In this document: piece after piece, positions 9,054 through 15,982 of the stretch | Position numbering within the stretch: the first letter of the stretch is position 1 | Layout: the number at the start of each line of letters is the position of its first letter | Program-made: the position numbers and the translations under genes | Notes under the pieces: model-generated | Databases searched by the model: none | What the model saw: only the letters and a program-made list of their open reading frames with translations | Told to the model about the DNA's origin: nothing | NCBI GenBank assembly: GCA_964583985.1 | Contig: CAZOYD010000071.1 | Location: 1-15,982 of the forward strand | Direction: 5' to 3' | Length of the DNA: 15,982 nucleotides | Source: an uncultured archaeon | Lineage (GTDB): Archaea > Asgardarchaeota > Lokiarchaeia > Sigyniarchaeales > SOKP01

Positions 9054-10744
9054 AGAAGCTTTTCAGCCACTTCTACATCATTCTTATTATGGATTTCAAA
9101 CCAACCCTTGTATACTTCTAATAAATTGACTTTAAAGCCCCTATCAATAACCTCTTGAATGAAATCGGTAAAAGAAGCATTTTCAAAGGATTCGGCTTCG
9201 TGAAATGGATCATCATGATTTGCAACACATTCATGATAAATTTTCTTTATTATACTTGCACCATATTCTGAAAAATACGCGATCCCGGTGAATTCATAAT
9301 CCGCCATGTTTGTATTTATATTTTTTCCTATTCTTATGACTTCATTATCTTTTAGGTACAACATCCTACGCTCTTTGATAGGTTTATTTTTGGCCAAAAT
9401 TAAATCCAATTTTTTATCAACGTCGTGTTTATGATAAGTATAGGAATTATCAACCACTAATACCATATCTTGAGACGTATTTAATAAATTATTAATTATT
9501 TGCTTGTCAAATAAGATATCCGAATTAAGATAAATGAACCCATTACTCATGTCTTCTTCAGCTTTAAATAAAGAATGGAGGATATACGTTTTATCATAAT
9601 CGGGATTATATACATACTTTATCCCATCGATATTGATTAAGTTTCCCTTGTATCCTTTAACTACGGTGATGTCTTCTAACCCGCAACTTCTTAGTATTTC
9701 TCTCTGGCGCACGAGTAGTTCTTTCCCTTTGACTTTGACGACTGATTTGGGTTTATCAAATAACAAATCTTTTCCAGCAGCCGGAATAATGACCCGTATA
9801 TTTCTTTCTTTATACTTTAAATCCTTTTCCCTTACCTCAATAAATCCCACGTCTTCAAAAATCGTGTTAACAGGACTGCACATTGATTCAACTTCAAAGG
9901 CTCTCCCATGTTTTAAAATATTCAAAGCTGTTTCTTTCATTACTTTATGAGCCGCGCGAAGCAAATGGTTAGCATAAATTACAACATTAAACCCTTTTTC
10001 TCTCAATTCCGCTTCACTTACGGTATTATATGTGGTCGGAACGCAAATGAGAGGTTTTCGCATGCCTAATTCCTCTGATAATTTTTGATATTCCCTAGCA
10101 AAGTCAAAAATATCTTCTGGATTATCTTTTTTAGAATGAATCATGATTGCATCCACTCCCGCATCCAAATATTTTTTTGCTCTGAATAACGCATCTTCCA
10201 GACCTGCTCCAGCAATAAAACTTTCTATTCTGGCAGCGATCATGAAATCTGGTGATAATTGAATGCTTTTTCCTCTCTCAATTTTGATCGCAAAGGTATT
10301 AGGGTCTTCCTGAGTCTGCTTCGCTCGAGGATCCAAGCTATTTCTCTTTGGGAATACTTTATCTTCAATAATGACCATGGAAACGCCCATATTTTCCAAT
10401 TCTCTTATAAAATACTCAAAATTTGTAGCTTCCCCTCCCGTATCTCCATCAACTATTAACGGTTTAGTAGAACTATTGAGGATCTGCTTAATTGTGGTGT
10501 ATCTTGATTCAGAGCCCACTATGTCCGCATCAGGATACCCTTTTGAGGCACTATCCGTTAAACTGCTTTCCCATAACGCGTCAAATTCATATACTTCATC
10601 CCCAACCTTTTTTTTAATGTCATTTGCAATAATCGCACTCAATCCATTATGTGCTTCAATTACTCTTACAAAACCTTTCTTATCAAGCAATTGCTTTAAT
10701 GCCTTCCTTCTTTCTTCTGGGGCTATCCTGTTCTTTAAACTCAT
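9050..10744 (-). CDS. aepX: Phosphoenolpyruvate mutase (PepM) fused to a C-terminal nucleotidyltransferase-like domain
   Basis: 564 aa. Diagnostic EDKxxxxxNS motif EDKVFPKRNS (10337-10366), plus EAHNGLSA, WESSLTDS..KG.PD, VDGDTGG, ARIES, MIHS, VPTTY and VIYANHLLRA. From about 9797 an NTP-transferase domain: VIIPAAG...PK, VVKGY, YILHSL, SDILF, GWFEIH. Confidence 0.96.
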   Translation of the reverse strand: MSLKNRIAPEERRKALKQLLDKKGFVRVIEAHNGLSAIIANDIKKKVGDEVYEFDALWESSLTDSASKGYPDADIVGSESRYTTIKQILNSSTKPLIVDGDTGGEATNFEYFIRELENMGVSMVIIEDKVFPKRNSLDPRAKQTQEDPNTFAIKIERGKSIQLSPDFMIAARIESFIAGAGLEDALFRAKKYLDAGVDAIMIHSKKDNPEDIFDFAREYQKLSEELGMRKPLICVPTTYNTVSEAELREKGFNVVIYANHLLRAAHKVMKETALNILKHGRAFEVESMCSPVNTIFEDVGFIEVREKDLKYKERNIRVIIPAAGKDLLFDKPKSVVKVKGKELLVRQREILRSCGLEDITVVKGYKGNLINIDGIKYVYNPDYDKTYILHSLFKAEEDMSNGFIYLNSDILFDKQIINNLLNTSQDMVLVVDNSYTYHKHDVDKKLDLILAKNKPIKERRMLYLKDNEVIRIGKNINTNMADYEFTGIAYFSEYGASIIKKIYHECVANHDDPFHEAESFENASFTDFIQEVIDRGFKVNLLEVYKGWFEIHNKNDVEVAEKLL

Positions 10745-10797
10745 GTTCTGCTAACTATTTTTTATATTTTAAAAATCAAATTTTCTTTCAATGGTGT

Positions 10798-10823
10798 TAT
10801 CATTACCAAGACTATCATTACCA
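10798..10823. repeat. 11-bp direct repeat TATCATTACCA x2 in the pepM/tagF divergent intergenic region
   Basis: Exact copies at 10798-10808 and 10813-10823. Confidence 0.75.
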
Positions 10824-10884
10824 TGAATAGATATCTTTTACTATTCCTCATAAATATTTATCGATCATACTATAAACTAATATT

Positions 10885-10950
10885 TTATTTTGATAAGTTA
10901 TAGAGAGAATTTATGTTTTCTCCCATGGCAAAATAAATCTCATCGGACAT
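10885..10950 (-). pseudogene. Decayed 5' fragment of a wecB duplicate
   Basis: Reads (LNL)MSDEIYFAMGENINSLYNLSK* versus WecB (LNL)MSEEIYFVAGARPNF. By hand count 29/32 nt are identical between 10929-10960 and 13503-13534. Confidence 0.75.
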
Positions 10951-11044
10951 CAAATTCAATCAGAACCTTCAAATTTTGTATTTTTTGTAGAAGTTGTAAA
11001 ATAAATATATTTAATACAAGATTAAATGCATTCAATTAGAAAAA
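10921..11044. repeat. Degenerate direct repeat, copy 1 (copy 2 at 13495-13618)
   Basis: Two conserved blocks at the same 2574-bp offset: CAAAATAAATCTC.TC.GACATCA.ATTCAAT and ACAAGATTAAATGCA..CAAT.AGAAAAA. Confidence 0.85.
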
Positions 11045-11069
11045 AAAATATGATAAAGAGAAATATGCA

Positions 11070-12290
11070 ATGAATTTACAATTTGAGAAGTTCTCGTTTA
11101 TAAATAAGAGTTATTATTATAAATTTATAAGGGACATTCTCCTACCTTTCGGTCTCAAAATTATTTCCAAATTGTTTCGGGGCAATATTGATGAAAAGCT
11201 AATAATTATGGGCGCTTATGGTGGAAATTTTTACTTGGGAAATCCTCGAGCATTATTTGAATTCTTAAACAAGCACTCAAATTATAAAGTGGTCTGGATA
11301 ACGAAATCAAATAATTTAGTTAAAGAATTAAGAAGAAAGGGGTATAATGTCATTTACTCGTTAAATATTAATGCAATTAGATTATTAAGAAAAGCAAAAT
11401 TTGTCTTTATTACTCATGGAATCTATGATGTATTGCCAATAGAATTTTCCCCCGGTACAACAATTATTCAAACTTGGCATGGAACCCCAATAAAAAAAAT
11501 CGTTCTTGACGAAACAGGTAACTACGCATACTCAAAATGGAGTAATATACTAAAATTAAAATTGAGATATGACCAGTACATAGATTTCTTGTTAACTCCA
11601 ACAAGGGGCGGCTTGGAGCACGAAAACTTAAGCTCAGCCTTTAAGATCCCTCTAAATAAAATTATCAGTCTAGGATACCCAAGACATGATATTTTATTTA
11701 ACAAAGATGAGGAATTTATCAAATCTTTAAAGAAAAAATTTGAGATCTCTGATGATTTTAATAAAATTATGTTGTATTGCCCAACTTTTAGAGAGTTTGA
11801 AACAACAAGCTTTAAGATTTCAGATAGAGATTTAGAAAACCTAGATGGCATGCTAAAGGAAACTAACTCGCTTTTTCTAATCAAAGGCCATCTTTTTGGA
11901 AAATTAGCTGATCATCGAGGACATGCTAATATTAGAAATATCTCAAGAGAAATTGACATTCATGAACTATATCTAATTTCAGACATATTAATCACCGATT
12001 ATTCGTCAGCGATGATTGATTTCTCTTTATTGGATAAACCAGTTTTACTATTTCCATATGATTTAGATGAATACATTAAAAAGCGAGGCTTCTATTACAA
12101 TTTAAATGATATTGCACCTGGACCTTTAATATTTACTTTTACTGAATTAATTGAAGCGCTGAGAAATATTGATGAAATTGAAAAAATTTACGGTGAAAAA
12201 CGAAGAAAAATACGAGATCGCTTCAACAAGTACGTGGATGGAGATTCTACAAAAAGAATTTTAGACTTCTTACAAATTCCCTATTATTAA
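11070..12290 (+). CDS. CDP-glycerol:poly(glycerophosphate) glycerophosphotransferase family (TagB/TagF-like) protein
   Basis: 406 aa. Motifs QTWHGTPIKK, GYPRHD, LYCPTFR, KGH, LITDYSSAMIDF and YDLDEY...RGFY. Confidence 0.92.
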   Translation: MNLQFEKFSFINKSYYYKFIRDILLPFGLKIISKLFRGNIDEKLIIMGAYGGNFYLGNPRALFEFLNKHSNYKVVWITKSNNLVKELRRKGYNVIYSLNINAIRLLRKAKFVFITHGIYDVLPIEFSPGTTIIQTWHGTPIKKIVLDETGNYAYSKWSNILKLKLRYDQYIDFLLTPTRGGLEHENLSSAFKIPLNKIISLGYPRHDILFNKDEEFIKSLKKKFEISDDFNKIMLYCPTFREFETTSFKISDRDLENLDGMLKETNSLFLIKGHLFGKLADHRGHANIRNISREIDIHELYLISDILITDYSSAMIDFSLLDKPVLLFPYDLDEYIKKRGFYYNLNDIAPGPLIFTFTELIEALRNIDEIEKIYGEKRRKIRDRFNKYVDGDSTKRILDFLQIPYY

Positions 12291-12426
12291 ATCCCTCATC
12301 GATTCTGTTGCGTTTCATGCTTTACTTTTTAACTTAAAAATTATATACAGCAACTACCATCCAATAATTCTATTGACAATTCAACCGTATCATAAAATTT
12401 TATGCAATTGAAATTAATCATCCATG

Positions 12427-13539
12427 TTATTCAAAATATTTTATTTTAATAATATCCATGATTCTTCTTGCCGCGTTTCCATCCCACCCTGCAATTTCTT
12501 GCCCTTTCTTGTATTTAGACTCTAAAATGTCATTGATTTGACCCTTTAACAATTCAAAATCTCGCCCGATAATCGTGTTTGTTCCAAATTCTACGGTAAT
12601 AGGACGTTCAGTATTCTCTCTCAGAGTTAAGATAGGTATTCCCAGATAAGAAGCCTCTTCTTGAATGCCTCCTGAATCCGTTAAGATCAATTTTGAATTA
12701 ACCATCAAATTTAGAAACTCTAAATATCCGATAGGTTCGCTTATAATCAAATTTTCACTTTTTAATCGTTCATATAAACCATATTCAATGAGATTCTTAT
12801 TTGTTCTCGGATGAACTGGGAAAAAAATCTTAATTCTCTCACTTAGATAATTTAACGCATCAACTATTTTTATTAAATCCTCTTTTTTATCTACATTAGA
12901 AGGTCTATGGAGTGTGATTAGAGCGTATTCCTTTTTTCGCAATCCCAAACTCTTATAAGTATCAAGAAGTTTTGCTTTTTCCAAATTCATGACCAAAGTA
13001 TCAATCATCACATTCCCAACAAAAAAAATCTTCTCTTCCTCAATTCCTTCATTCTTTAAGTTGATTTCAGCGTCTTTTTCCGATGTAAACAAAAGATCAG
13101 AGATTTGATCAGTTAAAACCCTGTTAATCTCCTCTGGCATCTTTCTATCAAAGCTTCTTAGTCCTGCTTCCACGTGTGCAACATCAATAAAAAGTTTCTT
13201 AGCAACTAACGCACACGCAATGGTGGAATTCACGTCTCCGACCACTACGACAAGCTTCGGCTTTTCTTTTAACAAGAGTTTCTCAAATTCAATCATTATT
13301 TTTGCTGTTTGGTATGCATGTGTCCCAGATCCTGCTTCAAGAAAATGATCCGGCTCGGGAATCTTTAAGGCATCAAAAAATACACGAGACATGTTGTAAT
13401 CATAATGTTGACCAGTATGAATGATTTTAAACTTGATTCCTAGCTCCACCGATTGATGAACTAATGGAGCAATCTTCATGAAATTCGGTCTCGCTCCTGC
13501 GACAAAATAAATCTCTTCTGACATCAGATTCAATTCCAA
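12427..13539 (-). CDS. wecB: UDP-N-acetylglucosamine 2-epimerase (non-hydrolysing); likely start ATG at 13524
   Basis: Motifs GARPNFMKIAP, HTGQHYD, VGDVNST, HVEAGLRS, MPEEINR, TLHRPSNVD, TDSGGIQEE, RENTERP and WDG.AA.RI. Confidence 0.96.
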   Translation of the reverse strand: MELNLMSEEIYFVAGARPNFMKIAPLVHQSVELGIKFKIIHTGQHYDYNMSRVFFDALKIPEPDHFLEAGSGTHAYQTAKIMIEFEKLLLKEKPKLVVVVGDVNSTIACALVAKKLFIDVAHVEAGLRSFDRKMPEEINRVLTDQISDLLFTSEKDAEINLKNEGIEEEKIFFVGNVMIDTLVMNLEKAKLLDTYKSLGLRKKEYALITLHRPSNVDKKEDLIKIVDALNYLSERIKIFFPVHPRTNKNLIEYGLYERLKSENLIISEPIGYLEFLNLMVNSKLILTDSGGIQEEASYLGIPILTLRENTERPITVEFGTNTIIGRDFELLKGQINDILESKYKKGQEIAGWDGNAARRIMDIIKIKYFE

Positions 13540-13618
13540 CCTTTATTTTCTACTGGTGATATTGTAATTTTTTTACGAATTAATTTTACACAAGATTAAA
13601 TGCAAGCAATAAGAAAAA
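13495..13618. repeat. Degenerate direct repeat, copy 2 (wecB 5' end and upstream region)
   Basis: Colinear with 10921-11044; by hand count 29/34 nt identical for 13585-13618 versus 11011-11044. Confidence 0.85.
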
Positions 13619-13679
13619 GTTGATTTATCCAACAAACGTGAAAGTCTTGATCTTGCCATGTACTTAAAAATCAACCATT

Positions 13680-15599
13680 TCATATAATTTCATACAATTG
13701 AAATTGCTGAATACTATTTCCTCCCGCTATTCTCTCAAATAACGTCTCATTTTCAATATGCAATCGGAGAGCTTCATTATAATTTGCCAATTTTATGATA
13801 AAGTATTCTACATTATTAATTTGCCAAAAAGTAGTAAATTCGGTTATCGTCAAGTTGTAGTCATCTGAATAAGGAAATAGATGCTGATTAAACAACAATC
13901 CAAAAGGGGAATGCGTTTCTTGGAACGTGTAATTTATATAATTCCACCCTACCCCAATATTAGATGACACCTCTGAAGTATTCTCGATATAAAACACAAT
14001 AGCAATGAGCGAATCATCATATCTATATTCAAATTCTAAATTCTCTCGAACATAGATCAAATTCAAGCAAGATGCAAGAATGATTGTAAAAATTATTAGG
14101 TTCGGAACATTTAATACCCGACTAAACTGATTATCCGCATTAATCCACTTGTTAAATTTTAACTTGGAAATTTTGAGTTTTTGCCAGTAGTTTTCTAAAT
14201 ATAATTTTAATCTATACAATGAAATTCCAGATAGAAGAACAACACAAGGAAAAAAAGCTTCGAGAATTCTGGGGTAATAAGTATCAAAAAAACCTATTTT
14301 AATAAAAATTGGGAGAATGCAAAATATTCCAAACGTTAATAGTACGCAAATTTTTAGGAAACGATAAAAATCTCTCCTTTTCTGATCTTTAACATCTCTA
14401 TTTCTGATGAAAATTCCCATGATAGGTAAAACTAAGAATATAAAGTAATAGACTCCACCTAATATTAAGTTAAATACATTGGTTTCTTCAATAATAATAG
14501 GAGTGAAAGAAATAGTAATTGCATCGATTGTGGAGTATTGGATAAAATATGCGAAAATCTCAACAATATTTTTCCCATAAAACATGATTACACTAATACC
14601 ATACACCGATAAAAAAAATAATGACAATAACGCAATTGACCCCACTTCTCTATAAATCAAGGATCTCTTGGATCGGAAGTTTAAGATTTCATGGGAAGAA
14701 AAAACAATTAATGCTAATAAAATAAAAAACGAATAGACCGGATTAATGAGAAAAATAGCCGGTAGTATAAATCCTACGAAATAATTCGGAATTTCCGTTA
14801 AAAGAATAATCAATGAAATCAAGATCAGCAAAACTGCAAGACTGGATGAGAGAAAACTAAAAATCCGATATAAAAAATACATGTTAGACAAAACTGCTAA
14901 TAAACAAAAGAATATTAGAAAGTTCTCCTTGAATATCCTTCTCGATATCGTGTATAAAATTAAAACATACAAATTGAGATATGGAAAACATGCCAATTTC
15001 ATGAAATAATAGGTCGTGGTAAAATCAGGTGAAATCATTACACTTCCACTGCAAAACATGATGAAACCCCACGGATAAGTCCAACCCTGCTCTTGATAAT
15101 TTACCATCCCATTTTCATTAAGATACATTACTTGCCGAGTCCAATAATAGGGGTCACCAGCCAATAACGCCGAATTCTCAAAGATTGATGACCAATAAAT
15201 CAAAAATTGAACTAAAAAGATAAAGAATATAATAAAACCATGAATAAGGAGTTCTTTTTGGTTCGACTTTAACGCTCTTATTAAATAAGACCATGTTTCA
15301 TGAAATGTCTTATTTCTGAGAAAATAAAATAGAAGAAGTGCCAAGATTATTAACAGCGGTAAATACGCGGTGTAAAAATTAAAAATCTTGAAACTGATAA
15401 GGATATATCCTAAGCATAGGTATATCATTATCCCAACAGCAAATGAAATAAAGCAATATTCAAGTAGGGTTAGATTCCATCGTTTTTTGCTGTATTTCCG
15501 AAGTATATATACAACCATTCCTCCCAATGAAGCAATGAGAACAAAAAATAATGAAAATTGTGCATAAGTTATTAGGAGTTGATTGGTTATTGTCATCAT
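13680..15599 (-). CDS. Polytopic membrane protein (about 13-14 hydrophobic segments by eye), putative GT-C/STT3-like glycosyltransferase
   Basis: 639 aa, strongly hydrophobic. Loop motifs LLAGDPYYW and YPWGF; soluble C-terminal domain of about 120 aa. The CDS is secure, the function tentative. Confidence 0.7.
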   Translation of the reverse strand: MMTITNQLLITYAQFSLFFVLIASLGGMVVYILRKYSKKRWNLTLLEYCFISFAVGIMIYLCLGYILISFKIFNFYTAYLPLLIILALLLFYFLRNKTFHETWSYLIRALKSNQKELLIHGFIIFFIFLVQFLIYWSSIFENSALLAGDPYYWTRQVMYLNENGMVNYQEQGWTYPWGFIMFCSGSVMISPDFTTTYYFMKLACFPYLNLYVLILYTISRRIFKENFLIFFCLLAVLSNMYFLYRIFSFLSSSLAVLLILISLIILLTEIPNYFVGFILPAIFLINPVYSFFILLALIVFSSHEILNFRSKRSLIYREVGSIALLSLFFLSVYGISVIMFYGKNIVEIFAYFIQYSTIDAITISFTPIIIEETNVFNLILGGVYYFIFLVLPIMGIFIRNRDVKDQKRRDFYRFLKICVLLTFGIFCILPIFIKIGFFDTYYPRILEAFFPCVVLLSGISLYRLKLYLENYWQKLKISKLKFNKWINADNQFSRVLNVPNLIIFTIILASCLNLIYVRENLEFEYRYDDSLIAIVFYIENTSEVSSNIGVGWNYINYTFQETHSPFGLLFNQHLFPYSDDYNLTITEFTTFWQINNVEYFIIKLANYNEALRLHIENETLFERIAGGNSIQQFQLYEII

Positions 15600-15875
15600 T
15601 AAAAATGAATCAATTTGCCTTTAAAAATTTATATGCAAAAACACCATATCAATTGAGATATCCCATACCAATCAAAAAAACGAGGAATTAAAACCACTTG
15701 ACCAAAATTCTGATTCAAAATTTTGTGAACAAAACATTTAAATTTCGATTCAGCATATATATATTTACCAATAAGATAAGAAGATACATTTATATGTAAT
15801 TCGAAACATAGTCTATACGTATAAGAAATTCAAAATTATTAAAAGACAAATTAACATCGGTATAAATAAAAGAAT

Positions 15876-15982
15876 ATGCATTCCAAGAGTCTACCCCCTA
15901 AAAACTTTATAACAGAAGTTCAGAATGATTCTCTACCATCTCTCTCACCCCCATCAAATCCAGATCTGTTAATCTCCGTCAT
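15876..15982 (+). CDS. Possible partial CDS (runs off the right edge); may be the N-terminus of a GT2 glycosyltransferase
   Basis: Open from ATG at 15876: MHSKSLPPKNFITEVQNDSLPSLSPPSNPDLLISV(I/M). It ends in an LISVI-like strand typical of the start of GT2 proteins, but only 35 codons are visible. Confidence 0.4.
   Translation, partial: MHSKSLPPKNFITEVQNDSLPSLSPPSNPDLLISV

Noticed and set aside
9050-10744. Isocitrate lyase / methylisocitrate lyase annotation for PepM
   Set aside because: The EDKxxxxxNS motif and the adjacent ppd and reductase genes identify PEP mutase; there is no KKCGH-type motif.
5962-10744. Phosphonate antibiotic cluster, or methylphosphonate/2-AEP pathway
   Set aside because: No NRPS, ATP-grasp, radical SAM, exporter, MpnS/HEPD or transaminase gene in the window, and the neighbours are glycan genes. 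Genes outside the window cannot be excluded.
312-11884. Short ORFs 312-611, 938-1198, 4174-4359, 6141-6332, 6959-7207, 7800-8114, 8028-8231, 9633-9950, 10259-10459, 10371-10754 and 11522-11884
   Set aside because: All overlap well-supported genes (antisense or alternative frame) and show no recognisable motifs.
12326-12404. Palindromes TTTTTAACTTAAAAA (12326-12340) and CATAAAATTTTATG (12391-12404) as terminators between the convergent genes
   Set aside because: Almost entirely A/T, weak stems and expected by chance at this composition; position is suggestive but not enough to call.
12341-12421. 26-aa minus-strand mini-ORF after wecB (MINFNCIKFYDTVELSIELLDGSCCI)
   Set aside because: Too short, with no recognisable similarity to anything in the window.
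10921-13618. Transposon or IS ends / target-site duplication
   Set aside because: No transposase or integrase; the repeats are long, degenerate and derived from the wecB 5' region.
15785-15823. Short palindromes TACAT-N4-ATGTA and TATACGTATA in the right-hand intergenic region
   Set aside because: Short and AT-rich, not repeated elsewhere in the window; indistinguishable from chance.

Overview
AT-rich (roughly 30% GC by eye) cell-surface glycan locus built around a complete phosphonate (C-P bond) biosynthesis module. On the minus strand, in order of transcription: PEP mutase fused to a C-terminal nucleotidyltransferase, phosphonoacetaldehyde reductase (Fe-ADH), a stand-alone LicC/PntC-type cytidylyltransferase, phosphonopyruvate decarboxylase, a GT4 glycosyltransferase, a heparinase II/III-like protein, an MDR+Gfo/Idh/MocA bi-domain oxidoreductase, and a partial MDR-like ORF running off the left edge that the ORF track missed. 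A TagF-family transferase is divergent from pepM, followed by wecB and a large GT-C/STT3-like membrane protein. The predicted product is a 2-hydroxyethylphosphonate (HEP)-decorated surface glycan (inference). TATA-like boxes, absence of GC-rich hairpin terminators and protein style suggest an archaeal, possibly Asgard/Lokiarchaeia, host (unconfirmed inference). A hidden degenerate direct repeat of about 125 bp (offset exactly 2574 bp) flanks tagF+wecB and contains a decayed copy of the wecB 5' end, which suggests a tandem duplication followed by reciprocal gene loss.
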